DNA of 64,000 bases from an uncultured Gammaproteobacteria bacterium (GTDB lineage: Bacteria; Patescibacteriota; Patescibacteriia; UBA1558; GWA2-36-10): the NCBI GenBank assembly GCA_964515785.1, contig CAZEWH010000001.1:11730-75729 (forward strand). Reading direction: 5' to 3'. The notes under the pieces are model-generated. The model ran no database searches. It saw only the letters and a list, made by a program, of their open reading frames with translations, and was not told the DNA's origin. The stretch's first letter is position 1, and each line of letters opens with the position of its first letter. The position numbers and the translations under genes are program-made. Below, in pieces: positions 18,228 through 27,446 of the stretch.

Positions 18228-18250
18228 TTCTGCCTTTGGATGGGACAAGC

Positions 18251-18279
18251 TTGATAAATACCTTGATTTTAGCTATAAT
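18251..18279 (+). promoter_or_regulatory. promoter TTGATA-N17-TATAAT for glyQS
   Basis: TTGATA 18251-18256, TATAAT 18274-18279, about 38 nt upstream of ATG. Confidence 0.6.
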
Positions 18280-18316
18280 TTGTGTGTTAATAAGTATATA
18301 AATTTATTATTTTTTT

Positions 18317-19699
18317 ATGGAAAACGCACGGAAATTTGACAAGGTGGTAAATCTGGCAAAAACAAGAGGTTTTGTCTACCCATCTTCAGATATTTATGGA
18401 GGACTGAATTCTATTTATGATTATGGCCCACTAGGAGTTGAGCTAAAAAACAACATCAAGCAAGCTTGGTGGGATTTTATGTTGGCTCGCAAAGATGTAG
18501 TTGGGCTTGATTCAGCTATTTTGGCGCATCCCAAAATCTGGGAAGCTTCTGGGCATCTAGAGGGTTTTACTGATCCACTAGTAGATTGCAAAAAATGTAA
18601 AGCTAGATTTAGGGCTGATAATCTTCTTGAAAAAAAAGGTATCAAACCTGAATTTGTCCAAGGCAAGCCACAGAATATGAATGATATAAAATGTCCAGAT
18701 TGTGGCGGTGAGTTGACTGACGTTCGTCAGTTCAACCTTATGTTCAAGACTTTTATGGGAGCTTTGGAAGATCAGGCTAGTCAGATCTATATGCGACCTG
18801 AAACTGCTCAAGGTATTTATGTCAATTTTTTGCATGTCAAAGACAGCATGCGCATGAAGATGCCTTTTGGTGTTGCCCAGATTGGTAAAGCTTTTCGTAA
18901 TGAGATCACGCCAGGTAATTTTATTTTCCGTATGCGTGAATTTGAGCAAATGGAAATGCAATATTTTGTCAAAGCAACTGATACTCAAAAAGTTTTTGAT
19001 ACTTGGCAAAAATTACGTATGGACTGGTATTTGTCTTTAGGTATTGATAAAAATAATATTAGATTTCGTGATCATGCCAAAGATGAATTAGCTCATTATG
19101 CTAAACAAGCTATAGATATTGAATATAAGTTTGAATTTACTCCTAATGAAGATTTCAAAGAACTAGAAGGCATCCATGATCGGGGTAATTGGGATCTATC
19201 TCGTCACCAAGAATTTTCCGGACAAAAGATGTCTGTCAAAGACGAAGCAGAGTATATTCCCAATATAATAGAAACTTCAGGTGGAGTTGATCGAGCTATG
19301 TTTGCTTTTTTGATGGATGCTTATGATGAAGTAGATACTCGTAGTGGTGACAAAGATGCCAAGCATAGTACTGAAGTAGTTCTTAGACTTCATCCTAAAT
19401 TGGCGCCTATTAAAATAGCGATCTTGCCATTATCTAAGAAACCTGACTTAGCCAAAAAGACTCAAGGAGTCTATGATATGCTTGTCAATAAATATCGTAT
19501 TCAATATGATGAGACTGGTAGCATTGGTAAACGTTATCGTCGCCAAGATGAGATTGGTACGCCATATTGTATTACTATTGACTTTGATAGTTTGGAAGAT
19601 GATCAAGTGACTATTCGTGATCGCGATACTATGAAGCAAGAGCGAATTGCTATCAAGGATTTAGAAAATTATTTTGTTGATAAATTTTCACCCTGTTAA
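18317..19699 (+). CDS. glyQS: glycyl-tRNA synthetase (dimeric class II GlyRS)
   Basis: 460 aa; class II motifs; zinc-knuckle CKKCKARF..CPDCGGEL; anticodon-binding domain. Confidence 0.95.
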   Translation: MENARKFDKVVNLAKTRGFVYPSSDIYGGLNSIYDYGPLGVELKNNIKQAWWDFMLARKDVVGLDSAILAHPKIWEASGHLEGFTDPLVDCKKCKARFRADNLLEKKGIKPEFVQGKPQNMNDIKCPDCGGELTDVRQFNLMFKTFMGALEDQASQIYMRPETAQGIYVNFLHVKDSMRMKMPFGVAQIGKAFRNEITPGNFIFRMREFEQMEMQYFVKATDTQKVFDTWQKLRMDWYLSLGIDKNNIRFRDHAKDELAHYAKQAIDIEYKFEFTPNEDFKELEGIHDRGNWDLSRHQEFSGQKMSVKDEAEYIPNIIETSGGVDRAMFAFLMDAYDEVDTRSGDKDAKHSTEVVLRLHPKLAPIKIAILPLSKKPDLAKKTQGVYDMLVNKYRIQYDETGSIGKRYRRQDEIGTPYCITIDFDSLEDDQVTIRDRDTMKQERIAIKDLENYFVDKFSPC

Positions 19700-19724
19700 A
19701 TAAATTTAAATCTAAATATTTATT

Positions 19725-19979
19725 ATGTTTTATACTTATATATTGCTTAGTGAGAAAGATAATAAATTTTATACGGGTTTTACAAAAGATTTAAATTTAA
19801 GATTTAAGCAACACAAAGAAGGTAAAGTAAAATCTACTATGAATAGGCGGCCTCTTAAATTAATATATTATGAAGTATGTTTAAATCAACAGGATGCTAC
19901 AAAAAGAGAAAAATATTTTAAAACATATTTTGGTAAAATGTTTATTAGAAATAGACTTAAATCTTATTTAACAGGGTGA
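19725..19979 (+). CDS. GIY-YIG nuclease domain protein (UPF0213-like)
   Basis: 84 aa; FYTYILLSEKDNKFYTGFTKDLNLRFKQH = GIY-YIG core with conserved R and E. Confidence 0.75.
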   Translation: MFYTYILLSEKDNKFYTGFTKDLNLRFKQHKEGKVKSTMNRRPLKLIYYEVCLNQQDATKREKYFKTYFGKMFIRNRLKSYLTG

Positions 19980-19989
19980 AAATAAAAAT

Positions 19990-21567
19990 ATGAAAAAAGT
20001 ATTATTAATTTTGAGCCTATTTATTTTATTAGCTCCAAGTATTTCTCAAGCCGCTCCAGCAGAATCAAGGCTTAGAGGTATGATTTTACTACAAGTAGAA
20101 GACTACGGTAAAGCTTGGTATGTTCATCCTGATGAAGGTACTAGAATGTATATGAAAGACGGTGATGCAGCCTATGGTATGATGCGGGATTTAGGGCTTG
20201 GCATTACCAACGCTGATCTAGCAAAAATACCCATTGGTGTTGAAGAAAGATTCGAATGTCTTGATAATGACAATGATGGACTTTGTAATAAATTAGAAGA
20301 AGGTTTGGGTACTGAAATAGATGTAGTTGATTCAGATAATGATGGTTATTATGATGGTACAGAAATACTCAATGGGTATGATCCACTTGGTCCTGACAAA
20401 CTCATTTATGATAATTCTCTTGTTAATCGATTAAAAGGAAAGATATTATTGCAAGTAGAAGAACGTGGCCAAGCTTGGTATATCAATCCCCAAGATAATA
20501 AAAGATATTATATGACAGATGGTCCAGCTGCTTATGAGATAATGAGATATCTTAGTTTGGGTATTAGTAATACTGATATAAATAAAATTAGTATTTATGG
20601 ACAAGTACAATGGGAGTCTTATACCAATCAGGAATATGGTATAGCTTTTGACTATCCACCTGACTGGCCTGTACCTGTTGTGGATGCAGATGGTGAATAT
20701 TCAGATGGCGGATATCCGCAAGGAGAACATTCACTTTGGTCAATGGATTTAGGAGAGGAGTATTTAGATAATGGGGGTCCTGGTTATATTTATACTTTAA
20801 ATGCTTATAATCCTAAAGATCCTGCTCAGGTGGTCGAGGATTTTGAGAATGATAGTTTAATAAGCATAGTAAATGATACTGTGTTCAATGACACTAGAAT
20901 GATTTTTTATACCGAAGGTGGTATTTGTGGTTTTTATAATGTCTTTATCTTTGGTGATAATTATAGTATCAAGCTTAAATCAGTTTGTGGAGCCGATAGT
21001 CAAGAAAGAACTGGTATGACGGAAGATATAGCAAGGACTTTTCGATTTATAGATCAAGATGTAGTAATAGATTGTGGGAGTGTTGTAACGCAAGAAGATT
21101 CTTGGGATAATCCGTCTAATTATGATTGTTTTATAGCTGCTTCACAAGATTGTCAATTAGCTGAGTTATCCAGTACAATGTCAATAATTTTTGGCATGGC
21201 TATTACTGCTACAACTAATATGCAATTAAAAGGTTTAGAATCAGATAAGTGTGCTTACGTTCAAGAAGTTGAGAGTTATAATGTAGAATTTACTGATGAA
21301 TATGTACAAGAAATGTTAGATGGGGGTTCTACTCAAGAAGAAATTGATCAAGCAGAACAAGAAGCTAATGATAGTGCTCAAGATTTAGTTGGTGTAGAAT
21401 TAACATGTAAATTTGAACAAGATGATTTAACTGCTATGTTAAGTAGGTGGAAGACAGGTGAATTTCACGGTGGTACAAGCTGTCAACTTAATTTTGATGG
21501 AGGAGAACATGATTGTGAATATACAGGAGATTTTGAAGGTGCACAATGTGAGTATAATTGGGAATAA
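19990..21567 (+). CDS. secreted protein with duplicated ~110-aa module and DxDxDG calcium-binding-like loops
   Basis: 525 aa; signal peptide MKKVLLILSLFILLAPSISQA; internal repeat (ESRLRGMILLQVEDYGKAWYVHPDEG / NRLKGKILLQVEERGQAWYINPQDN); DNDNDGLCN and DSDNDGYYDG; Cys-rich C-terminus. Confidence 0.6.
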   Translation: MKKVLLILSLFILLAPSISQAAPAESRLRGMILLQVEDYGKAWYVHPDEGTRMYMKDGDAAYGMMRDLGLGITNADLAKIPIGVEERFECLDNDNDGLCNKLEEGLGTEIDVVDSDNDGYYDGTEILNGYDPLGPDKLIYDNSLVNRLKGKILLQVEERGQAWYINPQDNKRYYMTDGPAAYEIMRYLSLGISNTDINKISIYGQVQWESYTNQEYGIAFDYPPDWPVPVVDADGEYSDGGYPQGEHSLWSMDLGEEYLDNGGPGYIYTLNAYNPKDPAQVVEDFENDSLISIVNDTVFNDTRMIFYTEGGICGFYNVFIFGDNYSIKLKSVCGADSQERTGMTEDIARTFRFIDQDVVIDCGSVVTQEDSWDNPSNYDCFIAASQDCQLAELSSTMSIIFGMAITATTNMQLKGLESDKCAYVQEVESYNVEFTDEYVQEMLDGGSTQEEIDQAEQEANDSAQDLVGVELTCKFEQDDLTAMLSRWKTGEFHGGTSCQLNFDGGEHDCEYTGDFEGAQCEYNWE

Positions 21568-21588
21568 ATTATTTAAAATAAAAATTAT

Positions 21589-23859
21589 ATGATGGAGGAA
21601 AATTTTAAAGAAGAAAGAATAGAAGAAGAGCAATGGACTTGGTCACCAGCCAAGATTTTGGCTTGGATAGCTGTTGTAATTGTGGCTGTTGTGATTGGTG
21701 TGTTGTGGTGGATGAACGCCAATATGATAGTTGATCCAGTATTTGATAATACTAATCAGAATAATGTAGTAGATGTTGTAGATTGTAATGACATCACTGA
21801 TGAAGCAACTTGTTTGGATCGTAGTGATTGTGTAGCTGTAGATACTAATTCTTGTTTTACCAAAATGAGACAGGCTGGAAAATGTAATATAGCTGTAGAC
21901 TATTTATGTACAGAAGATACTAGTTTTGATCGTTGTGAAGATTTGAATTGTGATACTTATGATTTTGATGAAGAAATTACTTGGCAGACTTATAATGATA
22001 GTAGATATAATTTTAGTTTTGATTATCCTGAAACTTGGTATGCTTATGGTTTAAGTGAGTTGGAGGAATATACAGTAATTATATCATCAGATATGTCGAA
22101 TTCAGATGATGATTTATGGGGTATAGAGATTTATGACTTATCAGATATTGATATTGAAGGAATAACTGCTGAAGCTTATATTAATCTTATTATAGATAAT
22201 ACAGGGTCTGAATTTTCGCCATATCGTGATGAGGTAAGAAAAAATGTAGAGTTCAATGGTATTGAGGCCTTGGAGGTTATTGTTACAATGGATGAAGAAG
22301 GTCCAGAAATACTTAGTGGTTGGTACCAGAGAACAATTATTTTTGAACATGAAGACACTATATTTGTGTTTAGTAATAATAATGTTAAAGAGTTTGATGA
22401 TATATTTACAAGTATTTATCAAAGTTTTAAATTTACAGATCAAGAATCAGATTGGCAGACTTATGAAAATACAGATTATGGTTTTAGTTTTGATTATTCT
22501 TCAGATTATATTACGAGGATTCATGAATATGAAGATTATTTTATTGTTGATTTAGCCATAGCTGAAGATAGTATTTGGATGATCAGTATTAAGGTTAAAG
22601 AAAATGTAGATAACCAGAGTCTTGATCAGTTGGTTGAAGAAGGGCGGAGAGCTGGTTTTGAGTTTGAAATTACTGATGTTATTATTAGCGGTCAAGAAGG
22701 AAAAAAATATTCAAGGCCAGATTATGATGGTTATGGCAACACAGCTGCTATTGTAATATTTGAAGATAATATTTTTACAATTGAAGGTAATGATAAGCCT
22801 AGTGACCTAAAAAGTATTTTTGAAAAAACTTTGTCTAGTTTCCAATTTACAGATCAAGAATCAGATTGGCAGACTTATGAAAATATTTGGGATCCAAATC
22901 ATTCCGGTCCTGGTGGCCAATTAGATATTGCTTTTCAATTTGATTATCCAAATAATTGGCAAGTTACTGGTGATGGTTCTGGAAGATATTTGAGACCTGT
23001 TGATGGTTCTAACAGTATTTTTGCAGATATTTATCCAAAATCTAAAGAGTCTTATGATGGTTATAAATATCATAATCCAGATAGCTTTATCAGTGATTAT
23101 ATAGTACATGAAGCTATGTATTCATGCGAAGCAGATGGGCATGGGGGTAGTGTACATTGTGAAGAAGCCTTGATTGTTGAACAGGGAGTGTCTGATCATG
23201 GTATTACTTATCATAAATTAGGTATGACAGAAGTCTCGATTCGTGTTGAAAATGATTGGCAAGAGGAAAAAAGATATAGAGGACCTGTTTATGCTTTGGA
23301 AGTAAGTGAATTTACTAATGGTGAATATGAAATAATTTTTCTTTCCCCAAGGGGAGAGGGTATAGGTGATGAAGGATTGAATGATATTTTTATAGGTATA
23401 GTAAATAGTTTCCAATTCACAGATCAAGAAGAAGACATAGGAGATACACAAACTTACATAAATCAAGAATATAGTATTAGTTTAAATTATCCAATGTCTT
23501 TTTATATGCAAGAAGAAAGCTCAGAAGAAGTGTTGTTTGATTCAGACGAAGGACATTTTTGGTTTAGAATAGCTGACAATGAAGACAATCTTGATGCTCA
23601 AGGCATAATGGATTTTTATTATGCTAATGATGGTTATGGTTATCAATATGAAGATAGTTTTGTGACAATAGCTGACATCAATAGCTATAAGCAAGGTCGT
23701 TATGATCTTGGTATTATAGAAAATTATTTCATTCCATCAGGAGATCAAGTTTTTAATCTTTCTTTTGAATTTAATTTTGATGAAAATAATACAGAATTAT
23801 TTGATGAATATTCACAAATAATTTCAGATATTATAAATAGTTTTGTTTTTATTTATTAA
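21589..23859 (+). CDS. large membrane-anchored repeat protein (four copies of FQFTDQESDWQTYEN..GFSFDY module)
   Basis: 756 aa; N-terminal TM helix; Cys-rich segment then four ~150-aa repeats. Confidence 0.6.
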   Translation: MMEENFKEERIEEEQWTWSPAKILAWIAVVIVAVVIGVLWWMNANMIVDPVFDNTNQNNVVDVVDCNDITDEATCLDRSDCVAVDTNSCFTKMRQAGKCNIAVDYLCTEDTSFDRCEDLNCDTYDFDEEITWQTYNDSRYNFSFDYPETWYAYGLSELEEYTVIISSDMSNSDDDLWGIEIYDLSDIDIEGITAEAYINLIIDNTGSEFSPYRDEVRKNVEFNGIEALEVIVTMDEEGPEILSGWYQRTIIFEHEDTIFVFSNNNVKEFDDIFTSIYQSFKFTDQESDWQTYENTDYGFSFDYSSDYITRIHEYEDYFIVDLAIAEDSIWMISIKVKENVDNQSLDQLVEEGRRAGFEFEITDVIISGQEGKKYSRPDYDGYGNTAAIVIFEDNIFTIEGNDKPSDLKSIFEKTLSSFQFTDQESDWQTYENIWDPNHSGPGGQLDIAFQFDYPNNWQVTGDGSGRYLRPVDGSNSIFADIYPKSKESYDGYKYHNPDSFISDYIVHEAMYSCEADGHGGSVHCEEALIVEQGVSDHGITYHKLGMTEVSIRVENDWQEEKRYRGPVYALEVSEFTNGEYEIIFLSPRGEGIGDEGLNDIFIGIVNSFQFTDQEEDIGDTQTYINQEYSISLNYPMSFYMQEESSEEVLFDSDEGHFWFRIADNEDNLDAQGIMDFYYANDGYGYQYEDSFVTIADINSYKQGRYDLGIIENYFIPSGDQVFNLSFEFNFDENNTELFDEYSQIISDIINSFVFIY

Positions 23860-23877
23860 TTAAAAGTTTTTTAATAT

Positions 23878-25146
23878 ATGTTTAAACGGATTGTCCGTAA
23901 AGATGGTACAGTCATTATCTTGGTACCAAAAAAAGACACCAAAGCAGTCACCTTTGAAGTGCTGTACAAAGTTGGTAGTCGTCAAGAAAGTTTGAAGAAT
24001 AATGGTGCTTCTCATTTTGTCGAACACCTGATGTTCAAAGGCACTGCCAAGCGTCCTGATACAGCTACGATTTCCAAAGAGCTTGATGGTGTGGGAGCTG
24101 AGTACAATGCTTTTACTGGTAAGGATCATACGGGTTATTATATTAGAGCTGACAACAAACATCTGGGTCTAGCTGCAGATATGATCTCCGACATGGTCAA
24201 TAATTCTAAATTTGACAAAAATGATATTGATCGTGAGCGAGGAGTGATTGTCGAAGAAATCAATATGTATGAAGACAATCCTATGTTTTATGTAGAAGAT
24301 GTTTTTGAAAATCTTCTTTATCAAGGATCTACTTTAGGCAAATCTATTGCTGGACCACGGAGCAATATTCAGAATATGTCTAGAACTGCTCTTTATAATT
24401 ATTATCAAAAATATTATTACAACGGCAATGCAGTCATTGGCGTAGCTGGAAAATTCAATGAAGCTCAAGTTTTGAAGTTAATAGACCAGCTATTTCCTAT
24501 CAAGAAAAAACAAGCTCGTGTAAAAATCAAGCCAGTTAGTTTGACTAAACAAACTCAGCCAAAGATTAATATTATTAAAAGAGATTTAGAACAAGTCCAG
24601 CTTATGCTCGGTTTTCCTAGTTTGTCTAGTACTGACAAAAATTATTTAGCTAGTCAGGTCTTGAGTAATATTTTGGGTGGTACTATGAGCTCTCGTTTAT
24701 TTTTAGAAATCAGAGAAAAACGGGGCCTATGTTATTTTGTTAGATCACAAGTGCAGGGTTATGAAGATATTAGTAGTCTGGCTATACAAGCAGGCTTAAA
24801 TAAAGAAAAAATATATAGTGCTATACAAGCTATCAAAGATGAGCTTAATAAAATTAAAGACCATGGTGTAACTTTAGAAGAATTGATTAGAGCCAAAGAT
24901 AATATTCGTGGTCGTTTGATTCTCAAAATGGAATCTGCTAGTAATCAACTAAACTTTTTGGCCGGTCAAGAATTATTAGGACAAAAAATTAAGAATCTAG
25001 AAGCTAAATTAGTAGAATTAAATAAAATTAATATTAATCAAATTAATAATATAGCAAAACAAATTATCAAATGGTCAAACAGCAATTTAGCTATTATTGG
25101 GCCTTTTGATAAAAAACAAAAGTTTTTAAATATTCTTAAAAAATAA
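23878..25146 (+). CDS. M16-family (pitrilysin/insulinase-like) zinc peptidase
   Basis: 422 aa; inverted zinc motif HFVEHLMFKGT (HxxEH) and downstream E. Confidence 0.85.
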   Translation: MFKRIVRKDGTVIILVPKKDTKAVTFEVLYKVGSRQESLKNNGASHFVEHLMFKGTAKRPDTATISKELDGVGAEYNAFTGKDHTGYYIRADNKHLGLAADMISDMVNNSKFDKNDIDRERGVIVEEINMYEDNPMFYVEDVFENLLYQGSTLGKSIAGPRSNIQNMSRTALYNYYQKYYYNGNAVIGVAGKFNEAQVLKLIDQLFPIKKKQARVKIKPVSLTKQTQPKINIIKRDLEQVQLMLGFPSLSSTDKNYLASQVLSNILGGTMSSRLFLEIREKRGLCYFVRSQVQGYEDISSLAIQAGLNKEKIYSAIQAIKDELNKIKDHGVTLEELIRAKDNIRGRLILKMESASNQLNFLAGQELLGQKIKNLEAKLVELNKININQINNIAKQIIKWSNSNLAIIGPFDKKQKFLNILKK

Positions 25147-25150
25147 AATT

Positions 25151-26170
25151 ATGTCTACTAAATCAATTTCAATTTCAACGGATACTATGATCAGGTTTAT
25201 CTTGATTTTATTATTATTGGGATTTCTTTATTGGATCAAAGACGTTATTGCTTTATTTTTTGTAGCAATCATTTTGTCAGCTGCTTTTGATCCATTGATA
25301 GATTGGCTCAAAGCTCGTAGAGTTCCGCGACCTTTGAGTATTATTGGAGTTTATTTGATTTTCTTTTCTTTGATAGGAGGAGCTATCTTTTTACTGATTG
25401 AGCCAATTGGTGTACAGGTCACAGAAATGAGTCGGGCTTTTCCTGAATATTATGTCAAAATCAATGAAGGTATACAGCATTTAACCAACACTGCTACTGA
25501 AAGTGAATCAGTGGCCACCAGTATTAGTGATATTACTGCTAGTATTACCAAAGCTGGTGCCGGTATATTTAGCTTTGTTACTTCTATTTTTGGTGGAGTG
25601 ATTAGCTTTTTTGTAGTTTTGGTTATTACTTTTTATCTGACAGTCGAAGAAGAGGGTATGAAGCGTATGATTTCTAATATAACACCAAGCCGCCATAGAT
25701 CTTATGTCAACCAGTTGATTGCTCAGATGCAGCATAGGATGGGTTATTGGTTGCGTGGTCAATTATTTTTGTCAATTATTATTTTTATACTGACATATCT
25801 TGGCTTGACTTTATTAGGTATTAAATATGCTTTGGTATTGGCTTTGATTGCTGGTTTGTTTGAAATAGTACCTTTCTTGGGTCCATTGATATCTGCTGTG
25901 CCAGCTATTTTCTTGGCTTTTATGCAAAGCCCTAGCAAGGCTATCTTTGTGGCTATATTGTATTTGGTTATTCAACAATTAGAAAATAATCTTATCGTCC
26001 CTAAAGTGATGGGCAAGGCTACGGGCCTCAATCCTTTGGTTGTTATTTTGAGTATTTTGACTGGTGCTCGGATTGGAGGGATAGTCGGTGCACTACTTGC
26101 TGTACCAGTAGCTATTGCAATTTCTGTTTATATTGAGAGTCTTATGGGTAATAAAAAAATAGCCAAATAA
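25151..26170 (+). CDS. AI-2E family transporter (PerM/UPF0118-like permease)
   Basis: 339 aa; 7-8 TM helices; conserved C-terminal LIVPKVMGKATGLNPLVVILSIL block. Confidence 0.8.
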   Translation: MSTKSISISTDTMIRFILILLLLGFLYWIKDVIALFFVAIILSAAFDPLIDWLKARRVPRPLSIIGVYLIFFSLIGGAIFLLIEPIGVQVTEMSRAFPEYYVKINEGIQHLTNTATESESVATSISDITASITKAGAGIFSFVTSIFGGVISFFVVLVITFYLTVEEEGMKRMISNITPSRHRSYVNQLIAQMQHRMGYWLRGQLFLSIIIFILTYLGLTLLGIKYALVLALIAGLFEIVPFLGPLISAVPAIFLAFMQSPSKAIFVAILYLVIQQLENNLIVPKVMGKATGLNPLVVILSILTGARIGGIVGALLAVPVAIAISVYIESLMGNKKIAK

Positions 26171-26172
26171 AC

Positions 26173-26838
26173 TTGATGTCAAAACTTTTTATAGTTGCTA
26201 CCCCAATTGGGAATTTAGAAGATCTGACTTTTAGAGCTTTGCGTATATTGCAAGAAGCTGATCTTGTCTTAGCTGAAGATACTCGCGTCACGCAAAAATT
26301 GTTGCAGCACTATAAAATAAAAAAAGATTTGATTACTTGGCATCAACATAGTAAAAATTTTTCTAAAATCAAAAAATATTTTCAAGATGACAAAAACATA
26401 GTCTATGTCTCAGATGCTGGTACGCCTGGTGTTTCTGATCCAGGCGGTAAACTTATAGAGCAGGTGTTGTTAGATTTTCCAGATACTGAAATTATAGCTG
26501 TGCCTGGTCCTTCAGCTCTTAGTGCTATTGTTTCAGTAGCAGGCATTGCTCTAGATAAATTTTTATTTTTAGGTTTTTTGCCTCACAAAAAAGGCCGCCA
26601 GACTTTATTTACTGAAATAAAAGATTCTAAGATTCCTGTTATCTTTTTTGAATCAGTTCATCGCATTACCAAAACTTTAGAATCTTTATCAGATTGCGAT
26701 AAGCAATTAATTATTGGCCGGGAACTTACCAAACAGTTTGAGACTATATATAGAGGCAAGGCATCAGATATTTTAGAAATTTTAAATAATAACAAACAAC
26801 AACTCAAAGGCGAATTTGTAGTAATAGTTAATAAGTAA
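26173..26838 (+). CDS. rsmI: 16S rRNA (cytidine1402-2'-O)-methyltransferase RsmI
   Basis: 221 aa; tetrapyrrole-methylase fold; N-terminal LFIVATPIGNLEDLTFRALRIL. Confidence 0.9.
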   Translation: MMSKLFIVATPIGNLEDLTFRALRILQEADLVLAEDTRVTQKLLQHYKIKKDLITWHQHSKNFSKIKKYFQDDKNIVYVSDAGTPGVSDPGGKLIEQVLLDFPDTEIIAVPGPSALSAIVSVAGIALDKFLFLGFLPHKKGRQTLFTEIKDSKIPVIFFESVHRITKTLESLSDCDKQLIIGRELTKQFETIYRGKASDILEILNNNKQQLKGEFVVIVNK

Positions 26839-26851
26839 ACAAAAAAAACAC

Positions 26852-27046
26852 ATGGATATCAAAACAGTACTATATATTTTAAATATAGTTTTAGCACTAG
26901 GTACTTTGTATGCCTGGTATCAATTTTATAAAGTAGTAGCTAATAAGTGTGATACTTGTTCTGTGGGTTTACATCAAAATCCATTCAAATCAAAATGTTT
27001 TACTGGGGCAGTATTTTTTACTCTAGCTTTTGCTTTTGCACTTTAG
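26852..27046 (+). CDS. hypothetical small membrane protein
   Basis: 64 aa, two hydrophobic segments; weak support. Confidence 0.3.
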   Translation: MDIKTVLYILNIVLALGTLYAWYQFYKVVANKCDTCSVGLHQNPFKSKCFTGAVFFTLAFAFAL

Positions 27047-27056
27047 GCTTTATTAA

Positions 27057-27446
27057 TTGTATAAATTTATGGAAAATCCAGAATCAATCCCTCAAGCTGA
27101 GGGAAATAAAACAAAAGAATTTGCTAGTTGGGATGAATTGCCAGCTAATTCCCAAGAAGAGGGCTTGCGACCTTATGGAAAATACGCTGGTGGAGATCCA
27201 GACGAGATAATTGTCGTTGCTGGTGTTAGGTATAGAAAAAAGATCGCCTATACAAAACAAATGGGTGGCGGTGCAATGGAACCAGCTACTGAAAGAGATT
27301 ATTTTAATCATCCTGGTCCAGGTTGGGATGCTTTTACTGCTGGGTATTTGGAGGATTTTGGATTTGAGGGGACTGAAATAAGAGATCCAAAAAATTTGTC
27401 TGAATTAATACTTTATAGACTAGTAGAATTAAAAGATGAAGAATAA
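27057..27446 (+). CDS. hypothetical protein (overlaps metG start by 11 nt)
   Basis: 129 aa; no recognisable motifs; slightly elevated GC. Confidence 0.45.
   Translation: MYKFMENPESIPQAEGNKTKEFASWDELPANSQEEGLRPYGKYAGGDPDEIIVVAGVRYRKKIAYTKQMGGGAMEPATERDYFNHPGPGWDAFTAGYLEDFGFEGTEIRDPKNLSELILYRLVELKDEE

Noticed and set aside
17790-18230. Tried to read the GC-rich hairpin block as tmRNA, RNase P RNA or SRP RNA. These are common integration or housekeeping RNAs and the excisionase-family gene is adjacent.
   Set aside because: No GGTTCGANTCC-type T-arm, no tmRNA tag ORF, no RNase P P4 (AGGAAAGUCC / ACAGAACCCGGCUUA), and no SRP domain IV (GGAAGCAGC) on either strand. CTCGACGGGG resembles the tmRNA 5' region only superficially and is part of a local perfect hairpin. 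The block is better explained as three separate promoter-terminator units.
17800-18300. T-box or other riboswitch for glyQS.
   Set aside because: The glyQS promoter (TTGATA-N17-TATAAT, 18251-18279) lies only about 38 nt from the ATG, leaving no room for a leader. The upstream structured RNAs are on the opposite strand.
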